Shown: positions 29,742 through 43,458, counted from the first letter of the stretch. The stretch is 64,000 nt of DNA from a bacterium (GCA_963693055.1 OY843751.1:1760001-1824000), one strand, 5' to 3'. Program-made: numbers and translations. The notes: generated by a model from the sequence alone, not told the origin.

Positions 29742-29801
29742 CAGCAGTAAGAAACGTTACAAGAAATTGGATTGAATTAATTTAGCTCAAAGGAGCAATT
29801 T

Positions 29802-30992
29802 ATGGCAAAGGAAAAGTTTGAGCGAACAAAGCCTCATGTGAATATTGGTACAATTGGTCACGTAGATCATGGTAAGACCACTTTGACGGCAGCGATTACT
29901 CAGACATTGAGCCGTCAAGGACTGGCCCAGGCTAGATCTTATGATGAAATTGACAATGCGCCGGAAGAAAAGGCACGTGGATTAACGATTAATGTGCACC
30001 ATGCTGAATATGAGAGTAAAAATCGTCACTATGCCCACGTTGACTGTCCGGGTCACGCTGACTATGTAAAGAATATGGTAACCGGTGCAGCGCAGATGGA
30101 CGGAGCGATCCTGGTAGTAAGCGCGGCAGATGGCCCTATGCCTCAGACCCGTGAGCACGTATTGCTTGCCCGTCAGGTAAACGTACCTTATTTGGTAGTA
30201 TTTTTGAACAAAGCAGATCAGGTAGATGATCCTGAATTGCTCGAACTGGTTGAGCTTGAAGTGCGTGAATTGTTGAGTCAGTACGAATTCCCAGGTGATG
30301 ACATTCCAGTAATTACTGGTAGTGCATTGCAGGCTCTTGAAAATCCGGAAGATGATGCCAAGATCCAACCGATTCTTGATTTGATGGAAGCAGTTGATAC
30401 TTATATTCCTGAACCGGAACGTGATATCGACAAGCCCTTCCTGATGCCGGTAGAGGATGTGTTCTCAATCACTGGTCGTGGTACTGTAGCAACCGGTCGT
30501 ATTGAGCGCGGTATTGTCAAGGTACAGGAAGAAGTAGAGATCATTGGTCTTGGATTGAAGAAAAAGACAGTATGTACCGGTGTAGAAATGTTCCGTAAGC
30601 TTTTGGATCAGGGTGAAGCCGGTGACAATGCAGGTCTGTTACTTCGTGGTGTTGACAAAGAAGAAATTGTTCGCGGAATGGTAATCGCGAAACCAGGTTC
30701 AATTACACCTCACAGAAAATTTCAGGGCGAGGTTTACGTATTGAGTAAAGAAGAAGGTGGACGTCATACACCATTCTTTAACGGATACCGTCCCCAGTTC
30801 TATTTCCGTACCACAGATGTAACTGGTGCAGTAGAGCTTCCTGAAGGAACTGAAATGGTAATGCCTGGCGATAATGTAACAATTACCGGTGAATTGATCA
30901 CTGATATCGCTATGGAAGAAGGATTGCGTTTTGCTATCCGTGAAGGTGGCCGCACAGTAGGTGCAGGTGTTGTAACTAAAATTATTGAATAG
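29802..30992 (+). CDS. tuf: elongation factor Tu (copy 1)
   Basis: [21 protein letters not shown]. Confidence 0.99.
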   Translation: MAKEKFERTKPHVNIGTIGHVDHGKTTLTAAITQTLSRQGLAQARSYDEIDNAPEEKARGLTINVHHAEYESKNRHYAHVDCPGHADYVKNMVTGAAQMDGAILVVSAADGPMPQTREHVLLARQVNVPYLVVFLNKADQVDDPELLELVELEVRELLSQYEFPGDDIPVITGSALQALENPEDDAKIQPILDLMEAVDTYIPEPERDIDKPFLMPVEDVFSITGRGTVATGRIERGIVKVQEEVEIIGLGLKKKTVCTGVEMFRKLLDQGEAGDNAGLLLRGVDKEEIVRGMVIAKPGSITPHRKFQGEVYVLSKEEGGRHTPFFNGYRPQFYFRTTDVTGAVELPEGTEMVMPGDNVTITGELITDIAMEEGLRFAIREGGRTVGAGVVTKIIE

Positions 30993-31019
30993 TAACATAA
31001 ATCTTGTGGATCAATAATA

Positions 31020-31169
31020 ATGAGAGATTTAGTCATATTAGAATGCACCGAGTGTAAGCAACGCAATTACACTACTGATAAAAACAAACGGCTTCATACT
31101 GGAAGAATTGAGCACAAAAAGTATTGCCGTTGGTGTAACAAGCGAACTGTACACAAAGAAACACGATAG
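31020..31169 (+). CDS. rpmG: 50S ribosomal protein L33 (Zn-ribbon form)
   Basis: translated by hand, absent from track: [49 protein letters not shown]. Confidence 0.96.
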   Translation: MRDLVILECTECKQRNYTTDKNKRLHTGRIEHKKYCRWCNKRTVHKETR

Positions 31170-31178
31170 CTTTGGCTT

Positions 31179-31252
31179 AGGCCTGTAGCACAATTGGCTA
31201 GTGCACCGGTCTCCAAAACCGGGGGTTGGGGGTTCGAATCCCTCCAGGCCTG
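31179..31252 (+). tRNA. tRNA-Trp(CCA)
   Basis: AGGCCTG/CAGGCCT acceptor stem, CCGGT-CT-CCA-AA-ACCGG; between rpmG and secE. Confidence 0.96.
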
Positions 31253-31299
31253 CTAAGTAAAGTTTGCTGTTTTAAACAAATTAAATAAAGAGCGGGAAT

Positions 31300-31482
31300 A
31301 TGTTTCAAAAGATTAGTAAGTTTCTTAAAGATGTGAATTCAGAAATGTCCAAAGTGAGTTGGCCATCCCGCCAGGAATTAAAAGGTTCAACAATTGTAGT
31401 GATTGTTGTAACCTTTTTCTTTGCAGCATTTATTTTTCTGATTGATCATGTTTTATCACGGTTGATTAATATTATTTATTAA
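31300..31482 (+). CDS. secE: preprotein translocase SecE
   Basis: EMSKVSWPSRQE plus one TM. Confidence 0.95.
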   Translation: MFQKISKFLKDVNSEMSKVSWPSRQELKGSTIVVIVVTFFFAAFIFLIDHVLSRLINIIY

Positions 31483-31535
31483 CTGGTTGATAAGAATCGA
31501 ACGGCTAGAAGAAAAAAAAGGATCAGGCTAATATC

Positions 31536-32078
31536 TTGGAAGATCACGACGATTTAAAATGGTACGCAATACATGTTTTGTCCGGACATGAAAAGAAGGT
31601 TAAATTGTACCTTGAAAATGAAATTCGGCATAACAATCTTGAAGAAAAGATTGAAAAGATCTTGATTCCTTCAGAAGAAATTACTGAAATGAAGGATGGT
31701 AAGAAACGTACGCGTACAAAAATTATGTTTCCTGGTTATATGCTGATCAATATGGCCTTTGATAAAAATACACGTCACCTTGTATTGAATACGCCAGGTG
31801 TTACAAATTTCGTAGGCAAGAAAAATGAGCCTGTAGCATTGCGTCCAGATGAGGTTGACCGGATTATTGGAAAGGTAGAAGGGACTGATAAGGACCGTTC
31901 ACAGGTACCTTTTCATGTTGGAGATCCAATCAAGGTTGTTGACGGACCTTTTACTGATTTTACAGGTTTTGTTGAAGAAGTCAGTGAAGAAAAGAACAAA
32001 GTCAAAGTTATGGTTAGTATATTTGGACGTTCAACACCTGTTGAACTTGATTTTTTACAAATTGAACTGGAATCGTAG
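31536..32078 (+). CDS. nusG: transcription factor NusG
   Basis: [30 protein letters not shown]; TTG start. Confidence 0.97.
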   Translation: MEDHDDLKWYAIHVLSGHEKKVKLYLENEIRHNNLEEKIEKILIPSEEITEMKDGKKRTRTKIMFPGYMLINMAFDKNTRHLVLNTPGVTNFVGKKNEPVALRPDEVDRIIGKVEGTDKDRSQVPFHVGDPIKVVDGPFTDFTGFVEEVSEEKNKVKVMVSIFGRSTPVELDFLQIELES

Positions 32079-32089
32079 GAAAAGTTATT

Positions 32090-32515
32090 ATGGCAAAGAA
32101 AGTAACAGGCTTGATTAAACTACAAATTCCTGCTGGTAGCGCCAATCCATCACCCCCTGTGGGTCCAGCTCTTGGTCAGCATGGCGTAAATATCATGGAA
32201 TTTTGTAAAGCCTTTAATGCAAAAACCCAGGACCGTCAGGGATTGATTATTCCTGTTGTTATAACTGTATATGCAGATCATTCATTTACTTTTATTACAA
32301 AGACTCCTCCAGCTGCGGTATTGTTGAAAAAAGCTGCAGGACTGGCTAAAGGTTCCGGTGTACCAAACAGAGATAAAGTTGGTAAAGTAACTAAAGATCA
32401 GGTTAAAGAAATTGCTGAAACAAAGATGGAAGACCTGAACGCAAATGATGTTGAAATGGCCATGCGTATGATTGAAGGTACGGCCAGAAGTATGGGAATA
32501 TTGGTTGAAGGATAA
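32090..32515 (+). CDS. rplK: 50S ribosomal protein L11
   Basis: [13 protein letters not shown]. Confidence 0.99.
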   Translation: MAKKVTGLIKLQIPAGSANPSPPVGPALGQHGVNIMEFCKAFNAKTQDRQGLIIPVVITVYADHSFTFITKTPPAAVLLKKAAGLAKGSGVPNRDKVGKVTKDQVKEIAETKMEDLNANDVEMAMRMIEGTARSMGILVEG

Positions 32516-32560
32516 GTAGATTGATCTATTTATCCAGTTTGAAACCGTTTTGGAGATAAA

Positions 32561-33256
32561 ATGAAACACAGTAAACGATTCAATGAAGCATTGTCCGGTA
32601 TCGATCGTTCTGTACTCTACCCGTTAACTGAAGCTGTTGGAAAGCTAAAAAATGCTCCTTCTGCAAAGTTTGATGAGAGTGTTGAAATTAGTGTACGGTT
32701 AGGTGTTGATCCTCGTAAGGCGGACCAGATGGTACGCGGTAGTGTAATGCTTCCGAGTGGAACAGGGAAAAATGTTCGCGTGCTGGTTTTGACAAAAGGT
32801 GACAAAGAAAAAGAAGCACAAGAGGCAGGCGCTGACTATGTTGGTGCAGAAGACTTGATCGATAAGATACAGGGTGGTTGGTTCGATTTTGATGTTGTTA
32901 TTGCGACACCTGATATTATGGGACAGGTTGGTAAGCTGGGTCGAGTTTTGGGACCACGCGGTTTAATGCCGAACCCAAAAATTGGTACCGTAACATTTGA
33001 AGTTGCCAAAGCCGTTGAAGATTCAAAGGCTGGTAAGGTTGATTTCAGGGTAGATAAATACGGTAATGTACATTCGCTGGTTGGTAAAAAATCCTTTAGT
33101 GATGGTCAATTGCTTGATAATATTCGTGCATTTATGGACACCATTCAAAGGATGAAACCTTCTACCGCAAAAGGCGTTTATATTAAAAATATCACCATAT
33201 CCAGTACAATGGGTCCCGGTGTTAAGGTTGACAAAAGCACATTAAATGAATCATAG
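32561..33256 (+). CDS. rplA: 50S ribosomal protein L1
   Basis: [17 protein letters not shown]. Confidence 0.99.
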   Translation: MKHSKRFNEALSGIDRSVLYPLTEAVGKLKNAPSAKFDESVEISVRLGVDPRKADQMVRGSVMLPSGTGKNVRVLVLTKGDKEKEAQEAGADYVGAEDLIDKIQGGWFDFDVVIATPDIMGQVGKLGRVLGPRGLMPNPKIGTVTFEVAKAVEDSKAGKVDFRVDKYGNVHSLVGKKSFSDGQLLDNIRAFMDTIQRMKPSTAKGVYIKNITISSTMGPGVKVDKSTLNES

Positions 33257-33291
33257 AACAAGTATTTGATTCAAATAGGAAGTGAAATACA

Positions 33292-33810
33292 ATGCCACAG
33301 CCAGAAAAAATTTTAAAAGTTGAAGAGCTTAGCGAAACGCTTGGCAATGCAAAAAGCATTTTCATGACAGATTTCTCGGGACTTTCCGTTGAAGATATGA
33401 CTAAACTGAGACGGGAATTGAGAAAAGTTGATGTTAGCTTTATTGTTGTAAAGAATACATTGGCTAAACTGTCTGCTGAAAAAGTTGGTTTGGAAAAGAT
33501 GAATGATTTTCTTACCGGCCCAACTGGACTTGCAATTGCAAATGACGATCCTGTAGCACCGGTAAGAGTTATTTACAATTTTGCGAAAGACAAGAAAAAG
33601 CCAGAAATTAAAGCAGCTGTTCTTGAAGGTCAGTTTTTAGATCAAAAAGCTGCGGAAGAAGTTAGAAACATACCTACTCGTGAAGAGTTGTTGGCCAAGG
33701 TTGTTGGTGGAATTTCATCTCCACTTTACGGATTGGTTGGCGGTTTGAATTCAATGTTGAGCAAACTTGTTTATACGCTTGACGCAATTCGAGAAAAAAA
33801 AGAAGAATAG
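33292..33810 (+). CDS. rplJ: 50S ribosomal protein L10
   Basis: VVKNTLA, GPT, PTREELLA. Confidence 0.97.
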   Translation: MPQPEKILKVEELSETLGNAKSIFMTDFSGLSVEDMTKLRRELRKVDVSFIVVKNTLAKLSAEKVGLEKMNDFLTGPTGLAIANDDPVAPVRVIYNFAKDKKKPEIKAAVLEGQFLDQKAAEEVRNIPTREELLAKVVGGISSPLYGLVGGLNSMLSKLVYTLDAIREKKEE

Positions 33811-33847
33811 AATAGTATAATAGATTTAACCCTAACGGGAGGACAAA

Positions 33848-34285
33848 ATGCCCGAAAAAGAAGAAGCCACAGTTGATCAGGAAACTACTGCTGTAGTAAC
33901 AGATGAAAAAGTAGAAGAGATCATCAAAGCAATTGAGGAAATGAGCGTTCTTCAGTTGTCAAAACTTGTTAAAGCTCTTGAAGACAAATTTGGTGTAACT
34001 GCTGCAGCTCCTGTTGCTGTTGCTGCTGGCCCTGCTGCTGCTGGCCCTGCTGCTGACGCTCCTGCAGAAGAACAAACTGAATTTGATGTTGTACTTAAAT
34101 CAGCAGGCTCTAATAAAATCCAGGTAATCAAAGTAGTTCGCGGAATTACTAGCCTTGGTTTGAAAGAAGCTAAAGACCTTGTTGATGGTGCACCAAGCAA
34201 TGTAAAAGAACAGGTTTCCAAAGAAGAAGCAGATGATATAAAGGCCAAGTTGGAAGAAGTTGGCGCTGAAATTGAAATCAAGTAA
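33848..34285 (+). CDS. rplL: 50S ribosomal protein L7/L12
   Basis: [18 protein letters not shown]; GGAGGA SD. Confidence 0.98.
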   Translation: MPEKEEATVDQETTAVVTDEKVEEIIKAIEEMSVLQLSKLVKALEDKFGVTAAAPVAVAAGPAAAGPAADAPAEEQTEFDVVLKSAGSNKIQVIKVVRGITSLGLKEAKDLVDGAPSNVKEQVSKEEADDIKAKLEEVGAEIEIK

Positions 34286-34307
34286 TTCTTCAAAATTGCC
34301 AAATATT

Positions 34308-34352
34308 AAAAAAAGCCGGGCTAAAGACGTACGTCCTTAGCTCGGTTTTTTT
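34308..34352 (+). terminator. terminator/attenuator between rplL and rpoB
   Basis: A7-GCCGGGCTAA...TTAGCTCGGT followed by T-run. Confidence 0.7.
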
Positions 34353-34390
34353 AAGTATTAAAACATATATTTTTGAAAGGATGTGATTCT

Positions 34391-37300
34391 TTGGCCGTTC
34401 GTCCAAAAAGAGAAAGAAAGACATTTGCCCAAATCAAGCCGGTCTCAGAGTTACCGGACTTGTTGGATGTGCAATTGAAATCTTTTCGAGATTTCTTGCA
34501 GCATGATGTATCACCGGAACAACGCAAAGATCAGGGATTACAGGCTGTTTTTACAGGTATTTTTCCAATTGTGGACAGTCGTGAAAATTTTGAATTAGAA
34601 TTTATCGAATACTATATTGATCCCCCAAAATATAATGTTGATGAGTGTCAGGAGAGAGGTACAACTTTTTCTGTCGCTTTGAAAGCAAAACTGCGTTTAT
34701 CCATCAAAGATGAATATGATCAAAATAATCCTCTGGCTAATTCCATAGAGCAGGATGTTTATCTTGGTAATATTCCTGCTATGACCAATAGAGGTACGTT
34801 CATTATTAATGGTGCAGAACGAATCATTGTTAGTCAATTGCATCGTTCTCCCGGTGTGTTTTTTGATGAAATTATCCACCCCAATGGCACAAAGTTGTAT
34901 TCCGCGAGAATTATTCCACTGCGTGGATCCTGGATAGAGTTTACAACAGACATTTACGATCTGATGAATGTTTTTATTGATCGTAGAAAAAAATTCCTTG
35001 CCACAACCTTGTTACGTGCAATTGGTTATTCTTCTGATCGTGAAATTCTTGAAGCATTTGATTTAATACAGACACTTGAAATTGCTAAAATCACTGATGA
35101 CGATATTGTTGGTACCAAGGTTATTGACGATGTTATTGACGTAGAAACCGGCGAAGTCATTATTGATAAATATGGTGAAATTGAAGAAGATAAAATACAA
35201 TTGATTAAAGATCTTGGTATTAAATCTGTTGAAGTTTTAAAAACAGACAAGATTTTTGGTCAAGATATTGTTAGTAATACTTTGCAAAAAGATCCTACCA
35301 ACTCTCAAGCTGAGGCCCTGGATCTTATATACAGACAACTTCGTTCGGGTGAGCCACCTGATACTGATACTGCAAAAATGTTGATTGAACGTCTTTTCTT
35401 TAATCCTAAACGTTATGAATTGGGTGATGTAGGACGCCATCGTTTAAACCGCAAGTTGGGTATAGACATTGATGCAGATAATGTAGCTCTTACACGTGAA
35501 GATATTTTGGGTATTATTGGATACCTGTTGGATTTACGTTTGGGACGCAAAACAGCGGATGATATAGATCACTTGGGTAACCGTCGTGTTCGTACCGTAG
35601 GTGAACAGTTGTCTGCGCAAATGAGTGTTGGTCTTGCCAGAATGGCACGTACCATTAAAGAAAGAATGAATTTGCGTGAAAGTGAAAATCCAACTCCTCA
35701 GGACTTGGTAAATGCCAGAACTATTCTTTCAGTCATTAATACATTTTTCGGTACAAGTCAGTTGTCACAATTTATGGATCAAACCAATCCTCTTGCAGAA
35801 ATGACCCACAAACGTCGTCTTTCTGCGTTAGGACCTGGCGGTTTGACTCGTGAGCGTGCAGGCTTTGAAGTCCGTGACGTTCACTATACTCATTACGGCC
35901 GTTTGTGTCCTATTGAAACTCCTGAAGGTCCAAATATTGGTTTGATTTCATCGTTAACAACCTTTTCTCGTATCAACGATTTTGGTTTTCTTGAAGCGCC
36001 CTATCGTGTAGTTGAAGATGGTGTTGCTACAAACAAAATCGATTACTTGACAGCAGATGAAGAAGAGAAGCACATAATTGCCCAGGCAAATGCACCCTTG
36101 GATGAAAAAGGTGCCTTTGTTAATGACCGTGTAAAATGTCGTCATCGTGGTGAGTTTCCATTATCAGCTCCTGAAGAAATTAAATATATGGATGTATCAC
36201 CCAACCAGATAGTTTCTGCTGCTGCTGCGTTGATTCCTTTCCTTGAACATGATGATGCGAACCGTGCATTGATGGGATCAAACATGCAACGCCAGGCTGT
36301 ACCTTTGCTTGTGCCTGAGGCACCTATGGTAGGTACCGGAATGGAAGGCAAGGTTGCCAAAGATTCACGTGCTGTTATTTCATGTGATGTTGATGGTGTT
36401 GTTGAGTATGTTGATGCTAAAAGGATTGTTGTTCGCAAGACTATTAGTAAAGAACAGGTAAATGAATTAGATCAATTACTTGATTTTGATCAGTCTGATT
36501 TATATACTTATAAGCTAACAAAGTTCAAACGTACCAACCAGGATACATGTATAAATCAAAGGCCTATTGTTGATTTGGGTCAGGTTGTTAAAAAAGGTGA
36601 GATTATTGCTGATGGTGCTTCAACAGACCATGGTGAACTCGCTTTAGGACGCAATGTTTTGGTAGCATTTATGCCCTGGAGAGGTTACAACTTTGAGGAT
36701 GCTATCGTCATTTCAGAACGTGTTGTACGTGACGATGTTTATACATCCATTCACATTGAAGAGTTTGAACTTCAAGTACGTGATACAAAACGTGGTGAAG
36801 AAGAACTCACACGTGAAATTCCCAATGTAAGTGAAGAAGCTACCCGAGATCTTGATGAAAATGGTATTATCCGTGTTGGTGCTTCCGTGCAAGCAGGAGA
36901 TATCCTTGTTGGTAAAGTTACACCCAAGGGTGAAACTGACCCAACTCCTGAAGAAAAGCTGTTGAAAGCTATTTTCGGTGAAAAAGCTGGTGATGTTAAA
37001 GATGCTTCTTTGAAAGGTTCACCAGGATTAAAAGGTGTAGTAATAGACACTAACCTGTTCTCCAGAAAGAAAAAAGATTCCGCTACCAAAAAGAAAGATA
37101 AAGCTGATCTTGAAGCATTGGATGCATGGCTTGAAAAATCTAGAAACCAGGCTTATGCAATGCGGAATGAAAAACTTGCAGCAGTTTTAATGTCAAAAAC
37201 TGTAGACCAAATTCGTGATATTGAATCCGGTAAAGTTATAACAAAAGCAAATACCGTATTAAATGAACGAAATTTGGAGAAAATTGATTTTGATAAAGTT

Positions 37301-38215
37301 GATTATTCATTTACACTTACAACAGATGAAGAAACTAACTCTTTGATTAATCAAATTGTATCACGCTATAAAAAGAAACTCAAAGATATTGATAATGAAT
37401 ATGAACTAAACAAGTTCAAGGTTGTAGTGGGTGATGAATTACCTCCAGGTATCACTCAGCTTGCCAAGGTTTATGTTGCTAAGAAACGTAAACTTATGGT
37501 TGGTGATAAAATGGCTGGTCGCCATGGTAACAAGGGTGTTGTATCAAACATTGTTCCCATGGAAGATATGCCATACCTGCCAGATGGCACACCAGTAGAT
37601 ATTGTATTAAATCCACTTGGTGTACCTTCTCGTATGAACTTGGGACAGATATTGGAAACAAACCTTGGCTGGGCTGCTGAAAAGCTGGGTTGTAACTTTG
37701 CTACACCGGTATTTGATGGTGCTTCTCTTGAGCAGATTGAACAAAAGATGGTTGAAGCCGGATTACCTGCTCATGGTAAAACAAGGTTATATGACGGAAG
37801 ATCAGGTGAACCATTTGATGAAGAAGTAACAGTAGGAAAAATTTATATGCTGAAACTTTCTCACCTGGTTGAAGACAAAATCCATGCCCGTTCTATTGGA
37901 CCGTACTCTTTGATTACACAGCAACCTCTTGGTGGTAAGGCCCAATTTGGTGGTCAACGTTTTGGAGAAATGGAAGTCTGGGCGCTTGAAGCTTATGGTG
38001 CTGCGTACACATTGCAAGAAATCTTGACTGTCAAGAGTGATGATGTTCGCGGACGTTCCAAAACATATGAAGCCATTGTTAAAGGTGAAAATATTCCTGA
38101 ACCTGGTTTACCTGAATCATTTAATGTATTGATTCGAGAATTGCAGGGATTGGGATTGGATGTACAACTGCTTAATGAAAAACAAAAACCGAGAACAGTT
38201 GGTACACAATCATAA
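34391..38215 (+). CDS. rpoB: RNA polymerase beta subunit
   Basis: [29 protein letters not shown]; AAGGA SD favours TTG 34391 over TTG 34373. Confidence 0.99.
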   Translation: MAVRPKRERKTFAQIKPVSELPDLLDVQLKSFRDFLQHDVSPEQRKDQGLQAVFTGIFPIVDSRENFELEFIEYYIDPPKYNVDECQERGTTFSVALKAKLRLSIKDEYDQNNPLANSIEQDVYLGNIPAMTNRGTFIINGAERIIVSQLHRSPGVFFDEIIHPNGTKLYSARIIPLRGSWIEFTTDIYDLMNVFIDRRKKFLATTLLRAIGYSSDREILEAFDLIQTLEIAKITDDDIVGTKVIDDVIDVETGEVIIDKYGEIEEDKIQLIKDLGIKSVEVLKTDKIFGQDIVSNTLQKDPTNSQAEALDLIYRQLRSGEPPDTDTAKMLIERLFFNPKRYELGDVGRHRLNRKLGIDIDADNVALTREDILGIIGYLLDLRLGRKTADDIDHLGNRRVRTVGEQLSAQMSVGLARMARTIKERMNLRESENPTPQDLVNARTILSVINTFFGTSQLSQFMDQTNPLAEMTHKRRLSALGPGGLTRERAGFEVRDVHYTHYGRLCPIETPEGPNIGLISSLTTFSRINDFGFLEAPYRVVEDGVATNKIDYLTADEEEKHIIAQANAPLDEKGAFVNDRVKCRHRGEFPLSAPEEIKYMDVSPNQIVSAAAALIPFLEHDDANRALMGSNMQRQAVPLLVPEAPMVGTGMEGKVAKDSRAVISCDVDGVVEYVDAKRIVVRKTISKEQVNELDQLLDFDQSDLYTYKLTKFKRTNQDTCINQRPIVDLGQVVKKGEIIADGASTDHGELALGRNVLVAFMPWRGYNFEDAIVISERVVRDDVYTSIHIEEFELQVRDTKRGEEELTREIPNVSEEATRDLDENGIIRVGASVQAGDILVGKVTPKGETDPTPEEKLLKAIFGEKAGDVKDASLKGSPGLKGVVIDTNLFSRKKKDSATKKKDKADLEALDAWLEKSRNQAYAMRNEKLAAVLMSKTVDQIRDIESGKVITKANTVLNERNLEKIDFDKVDYSFTLTTDEETNSLINQIVSRYKKKLKDIDNEYELNKFKVVVGDELPPGITQLAKVYVAKKRKLMVGDKMAGRHGNKGVVSNIVPMEDMPYLPDGTPVDIVLNPLGVPSRMNLGQILETNLGWAAEKLGCNFATPVFDGASLEQIEQKMVEAGLPAHGKTRLYDGRSGEPFDEEVTVGKIYMLKLSHLVEDKIHARSIGPYSLITQQPLGGKAQFGGQRFGEMEVWALEAYGAAYTLQEILTVKSDDVRGRSKTYEAIVKGENIPEPGLPESFNVLIRELQGLGLDVQLLNEKQKPRTVGTQS

Positions 38216-38283
38216 TAAAGTAGAAAATGCCGAATTGCCTGCAAAGGTATACCAGGCTCAACAATAGAGTTTGGAGGTGAATT

Positions 38284-41200
38284 TTGACATATTTGATCGG
38301 ACAAGAAACTCCGACTAAAAGTACAAAATTTAACGCAATTTATGTGGGATTATCGTCCCCAGACAAAATTCTGGAACGTTCTCATGGTGAAGTTACCAAA
38401 CCGGAAACTATAAATTATCGCTCATTCAAACCTGAAAAAGATGGTTTGTTTTGTGAAAAGATTTTTGGACCGGTTCGTGATTATGAATGTCATTGTGGTA
38501 AGTACAAACGAATTCGATATAAAGGTATCGTTTGTGACCGTTGTGGTGTTGAAGTTACAACAAAGAGTGTACGTCGTGAACGTATGGGACATATTCGTCT
38601 TGCAGTTCCGGTAGTACATATTTGGTACTGGAAGTCACTGCCGTCCAAGATTGGTTATGTACTTGGAATGAGCATGAAGAACCTGGAACGTGTGATTTAT
38701 TATGAATCATATGTTGTTATTAATCCGGGAACCAGTGGTCTTGCAGAAAAAGATTTGATCAATGAAGATGAGTACCTGAAAATTCTGGAACAGGTTCAGG
38801 AAACTGAGGCCGAATTGCCTGATGAAGAGCGTTTTCGCGCTGAAATGGGTGGCCAAGCCGTTCTTGAATTGTTGAAGCAGGTGAATGTTGATAAATTGTC
38901 CAAGGTATTGCGCCATGCGGTAAACAATGAAACCTCATTGCAGCGCAAAGCAGATGCTTTGAAGCGACTCAAAGTTGTTGAAGCTTTTAGACGTGCAAAT
39001 AGGGATCGTGAAAATCGTCCGGAATGGATGATTATGACTATAATTCCGGTAATACCACCAGAATTACGCCCACTTGTACCTCTAGAAGGCGGTCGTTTCG
39101 CAACTTCTGACCTGAATGATTTATATAGACGAGTTATTATTCGTAATAATCGTTTGAAAAAATTACTTGAAATCAAAGCACCCGAAGTTATTCTTCGTAA
39201 TGAGAAGAGAATGCTCCAGGAAGCTGTTGATTCCTTGTTTGATAATGGACGTAAATCTGCTGCAGTTCGCAGTGATGGTAACCGTGCATTAAAGAGTTTG
39301 TCTGACATGCTCCGCGGTAAACAGGGAAGATTTCGTCAGAACCTTTTGGGTAAACGTATTGATTATTCAGGCCGTTCAGTAATTGTTGTTGGTCCTGAAT
39401 TGAAACTACATCAATGTGGATTACCAAAAGAGATGGCACTGGAACTTTTCAAACCTTTTGTAATTCGTAAACTTGTAGAGCGCGGATTGGTAAAAACTGT
39501 CAAAAGTGCTAAAAAACAGGTTGAACGCAGAGGTGCAGAGGTTTGGGATATTCTTGAAGAGATCATTGATGATCATCCAATTATGTTGAACCGTGCTCCG
39601 ACCCTTCATAGATTAGGTATTCAGGCTTTTCAACCTGTACTGATTGAAGGTAAGGCTATTCAGTTGCATCCGTTGGTATGTTCTGCGTTTAACGCCGACT
39701 TTGATGGTGATCAGATGGCTGTTCATGTTCCATTATCATTTTTTGCACAGATTGAAACTAAAATTTTGATGCTTTCAAGCCATAATATTCTTTCTCCTGC
39801 TAATGGTAGACCGTTGGCTATTCCCAGTCAGGATATTGTGTTAGGTATCTATTATTTAACCAAACGTCGTAAAGGCGCTACCGGTGAAGATAAAGAATTT
39901 TCTTCACCAGAAGAAGTAATTATTGCCTATAATGACAAGCGTGTTGAACTGCATGCTAATATTAAGGTTAGAATAAATGGTACAATGATCAATACGACTG
40001 TTGGTCGGGTAATTTTGAATGATATTTTACCAAAAGATTTAAGATTTGTTAATGAGCTTTTGACTAAAAAAGCTACTGAAGCATTAATTGCCCGTGCTTA
40101 TACACAATTGGGTAACTATCATACAGCTGTATTGCTGGATGATATAAAAGAACTTGGTTTTACTTTTGCTATGAAATCTGGTTCAAGTATTGGTATTTTT
40201 GATGTTATTGTGCCTGATGAAAAAGATCAATTATTAGATAAAGCCTTTGGCAATGTTGAAGCTATTCAAAAACGATATGAGCGTGGTATCATCACAGATG
40301 GTGAACGTTACAACCAGATTATCGATATCTGGACACACACCACAAGTGATGTTGCTGAACGAATGTTTGTACGCCTGAGAAATGACCGTGAAGGATTTAA
40401 TCCTATTTATATGATGGCTGACTCTGGTGCTCGTGGTTCGAAAGAACAGATTCGTCAGCTTGCGGGTATGCGTGGTTTGATGGCTAAACCTCAGAAAAAG
40501 ATGACCGGTCAAATGGGTGAAATTATTGAAAGCCCAATTACTGCGAACTTTAGAGAGGGCTTGACAGTACTTGAATACTTTATCTCAACTCACGGTGCTC
40601 GTAAAGGTTTGGCGGATACTGCTCTTAAAACTGCTGATGCGGGTTATCTTACTCGTCGTCTTGTTGACGTTGCTCAGGATGTAATTATTACCATGGTTGA
40701 CTGTGGTACCATTTTGGGATTACGTGTGGGTGACTTGAAGGAAGGTGAAGAAATCATCGAAACTATGCAGGACCGTATTACCGGTCGTGTTGTTGCCGAA
40801 GATGTTTTTGATCCAGAGACGGGTGATGTTATTATTGAAGTAGGTAGTCTTATTACCGAAGCTGATGCAGAAAATATTGTAGAATCTGGTATTGAAAATG
40901 TAATGATTCGTTCAGTATTGACCTGTGAAGCTGACCGTGGTGTTTGTGGCAAGTGTTATGGCCGTAACCTTGCAAATGGCAAGATGGTTTCCATTGGTGA
41001 AACTGTAGGTGTTATGGCTGCACAATCCATTGGTGAGCCTGGTACACAGCTTACACTTCGTACCTTTCACATTGGTGGTACTGCATCACGTATTGCGGCA
41101 CAATCTCAAGTTGTAACTAAAACTGCCGGTACAGTTGAATGGGATGGTTTAAAAACTGTTCAGCGTGAAGATGGTGATTTGATCACTCTTGGACGTAATG

Positions 41201-42528
41201 GAAGAATCAAGATCATGGATGATGATAACCGCGTTCTTGAAAGACTTACGGTTCCATATGGAGCGACATTGCTTGTAAATAGTGGTGATAAGGTAGAAAA
41301 GGGAAGTGTGATCTTTAAATGGGATCCATATTCAGCTTCTATTTTAACCAACTATGCTGGTACAGTCAAATTTAAAGATTTACTTGAGAATGTTACATTC
41401 CGCGAAGAGCTGGATGAAACTACTGGAATGAAACAACGTGTTATTATTGAAACCCGAAGCCGTAATTTGAGTCCTACTGTTCTGGTTGTTGATGAAGACG
41501 GTGCAGAATTGTCATCATTTGTTATTCCTACAGGTTCATTTTTGCAGGTAGATAATGGTGATGTTGTGGATGCAGGTGACAGCTTGGTCAAGATACCACG
41601 TGAAATATCGAAAACACGAGATATTACTGGTGGTTTACCAAGAGTTGCTGAGTTGTTTGAAGCACGTAAACCCAAAGAACCTGCGGTTGTTAGTGAAATT
41701 GATGGTATTGTTCGCTTTGGCGACATGAAACGTGGTGTTCGTAAGGTTATTGTTACTTCTGAAGATGGGCATGAAGAAAAGATTTACCTCATTCCTTACG
41801 GAAAGCACGTGTTGGTTCATGATGGCGATTTTGTACATGCCGGTGAAAAATTATCAGAAGGTTCTATAGCACCTCACGATATTCTTGCAATTATGGGTTC
41901 AAACAAAGTACAAGAATATCTTGTGAATGAGATCCAGGAAGTTTATCGTTTGCAGGGTGTACGCATCAATGATAAACATATTGAGGTTATTGTACGCCAG
42001 ATGCTGCAAAAGGTTAAGGTTGAAGATTCTGGTGATACCATGTACCTCGAGGGAGATCAGGTTGATCGCCTGGTATTCCTGAAAACGAATGAATATATTC
42101 GTAACCATGTTGTAATCACTGAGCCTGGTGATTCAAAATTCTCTGAAGGAGAATTGGTTAAAGTTGATGAATTTAAAGATACGGTTACAAAGTTCCAGGC
42201 AGCGGAAAAGGCTATTCCACAGGCGCGTCCAACGCAACCTGCAACATTCCAGCCCTTGCTGTTAGGTATTACAAAGGCATCTTTGACTACCGAAAGCTTT
42301 ATTTCAGCAGCATCCTTCCAGGAAACAACCCGTGTACTCACGGATGCTTCAGTAGAAGGAAAGGTCGATAGTTTAAATGGACTGAAAGAGAATGTAGTTA
42401 TGGGTCATCTGATACCAGCAGGTACCGGTATTGATGAATTCCGCAACATTCGGGTAATTGGTCCTGAATTAGAACTTCCGGATTCATTAGATGTTATGGA
42501 ATTGGAAGAAAAAGTCTCTAATGAATAA
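38284..42528 (+). CDS. rpoC: RNA polymerase beta' subunit
   Basis: NADFDGDQM, Zn-binding Cys clusters; GGAGGTGA SD then TTG. Confidence 0.99.
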   Translation: MTYLIGQETPTKSTKFNAIYVGLSSPDKILERSHGEVTKPETINYRSFKPEKDGLFCEKIFGPVRDYECHCGKYKRIRYKGIVCDRCGVEVTTKSVRRERMGHIRLAVPVVHIWYWKSLPSKIGYVLGMSMKNLERVIYYESYVVINPGTSGLAEKDLINEDEYLKILEQVQETEAELPDEERFRAEMGGQAVLELLKQVNVDKLSKVLRHAVNNETSLQRKADALKRLKVVEAFRRANRDRENRPEWMIMTIIPVIPPELRPLVPLEGGRFATSDLNDLYRRVIIRNNRLKKLLEIKAPEVILRNEKRMLQEAVDSLFDNGRKSAAVRSDGNRALKSLSDMLRGKQGRFRQNLLGKRIDYSGRSVIVVGPELKLHQCGLPKEMALELFKPFVIRKLVERGLVKTVKSAKKQVERRGAEVWDILEEIIDDHPIMLNRAPTLHRLGIQAFQPVLIEGKAIQLHPLVCSAFNADFDGDQMAVHVPLSFFAQIETKILMLSSHNILSPANGRPLAIPSQDIVLGIYYLTKRRKGATGEDKEFSSPEEVIIAYNDKRVELHANIKVRINGTMINTTVGRVILNDILPKDLRFVNELLTKKATEALIARAYTQLGNYHTAVLLDDIKELGFTFAMKSGSSIGIFDVIVPDEKDQLLDKAFGNVEAIQKRYERGIITDGERYNQIIDIWTHTTSDVAERMFVRLRNDREGFNPIYMMADSGARGSKEQIRQLAGMRGLMAKPQKKMTGQMGEIIESPITANFREGLTVLEYFISTHGARKGLADTALKTADAGYLTRRLVDVAQDVIITMVDCGTILGLRVGDLKEGEEIIETMQDRITGRVVAEDVFDPETGDVIIEVGSLITEADAENIVESGIENVMIRSVLTCEADRGVCGKCYGRNLANGKMVSIGETVGVMAAQSIGEPGTQLTLRTFHIGGTASRIAAQSQVVTKTAGTVEWDGLKTVQREDGDLITLGRNGRIKIMDDDNRVLERLTVPYGATLLVNSGDKVEKGSVIFKWDPYSASILTNYAGTVKFKDLLENVTFREELDETTGMKQRVIIETRSRNLSPTVLVVDEDGAELSSFVIPTGSFLQVDNGDVVDAGDSLVKIPREISKTRDITGGLPRVAELFEARKPKEPAVVSEIDGIVRFGDMKRGVRKVIVTSEDGHEEKIYLIPYGKHVLVHDGDFVHAGEKLSEGSIAPHDILAIMGSNKVQEYLVNEIQEVYRLQGVRINDKHIEVIVRQMLQKVKVEDSGDTMYLEGDQVDRLVFLKTNEYIRNHVVITEPGDSKFSEGELVKVDEFKDTVTKFQAAEKAIPQARPTQPATFQPLLLGITKASLTTESFISAASFQETTRVLTDASVEGKVDSLNGLKENVVMGHLIPAGTGIDEFRNIRVIGPELELPDSLDVMELEEKVSNE

Positions 42529-42536
42529 AAAAAGAC

Positions 42537-42565
42537 TTGATTTTTGAAAATTAAATTACTATATT
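42537..42565 (+). promoter_or_regulatory. promoter of str operon
   Basis: TTGATT-N17-TATATT. Confidence 0.65.
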
Positions 42566-42596
42566 TTTTAGCTATGACGTTTTATAGGAGGTTTTT

Positions 42597-42968
42597 TTGC
42601 CAACTCTAAATCAACTGGTAAGAAACGGTAGAAAAAAGATCGTTAAAAAAGGTACTTCTCCTGCGTTGACAGGTTCGCCACAACGACGTGGAGTTTGTAC
42701 TCGTGTTTATACCACAACACCCAAGAAACCAAACTCTGCACTTCGTAAGGTTGCACGTGTTCGTTTGACAAATGGTTTCGAGGTAACCGCTTATATTCCT
42801 GGTGAAGGTCACAATTTGCAGGAACACTCTATTGTGATGATCCGCGGTGGACGTGTTAAGGATTTGCCAGGTGTAAGATATCATATAATTCGTGGAGTGC
42901 TGGATACCAGTGGTGTTCAGGATCGCAAGCAAAGTCGATCCAAATACGGTACAAAGGTTAAAAAGTAA
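42597..42968 (+). CDS. rpsL: 30S ribosomal protein S12
   Basis: [17 protein letters not shown]; TTG start after GGAGG. Confidence 0.99.
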   Translation: MPTLNQLVRNGRKKIVKKGTSPALTGSPQRRGVCTRVYTTTPKKPNSALRKVARVRLTNGFEVTAYIPGEGHNLQEHSIVMIRGGRVKDLPGVRYHIIRGVLDTSGVQDRKQSRSKYGTKVKK

Positions 42969-42987
42969 TTAAAATAGAGTTTGCTGA

Positions 42988-43458
42988 ATGTCTAGAAGAA
43001 AAAAAGCTGCAAAAAGAAAAGTTTTACCAGATCCAAAATTCAATAATATTCTTGTAACAAAGTTTATTAATGGATTGTTAAAAGGCGGTAAACGCAGTGT
43101 AGCAGAAAAGATTTTTTACAATGCGGTTGACATTGTTGCTGAAAAGAGCAATGCTGATGGTCTTGCTGTTTTTGAAAAAGCAGTTGAGAATGTAAAACCC
43201 ATACTTGAAGTCCGTTCACGCCGTGTAGGTGGTGCGACTTATCAGGTTCCTGTAGAAATTCGCGCTGACAGACGTCAAGCGCTTGCCATACGTTGGATAA
43301 TTAATTATTCAAACAGCCGTTCAGAAAAGACGATGGCTGAAAAGTTGGCTAATGAATTGTTTTTAGCTTATAAAGGTGAAGGTGCATCTATGAAAAAGCG
43401 TGAAGATACGCACAAGATGGCCGAAGCCAATAGAGCTTTTGCTCATTTTAAATGGTAG
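42988..43458 (+). CDS. rpsG: 30S ribosomal protein S7
   Basis: [21 protein letters not shown]. Confidence 0.99.
   Translation: MSRRKKAAKRKVLPDPKFNNILVTKFINGLLKGGKRSVAEKIFYNAVDIVAEKSNADGLAVFEKAVENVKPILEVRSRRVGGATYQVPVEIRADRRQALAIRWIINYSNSRSEKTMAEKLANELFLAYKGEGASMKKREDTHKMAEANRAFAHFKW

Noticed and set aside
29306-29785. ORFs 29306-29695 (-) and 29525-29785 (+)
   Set aside because: They overlap four clear tRNA genes and are tRNA shadow ORFs.
34373-42528. Inteins or frameshifts in rpoB/rpoC, and many antisense ORFs
   Set aside because: Lengths are normal and there are no intein motifs; the antisense ORFs reflect codon bias.
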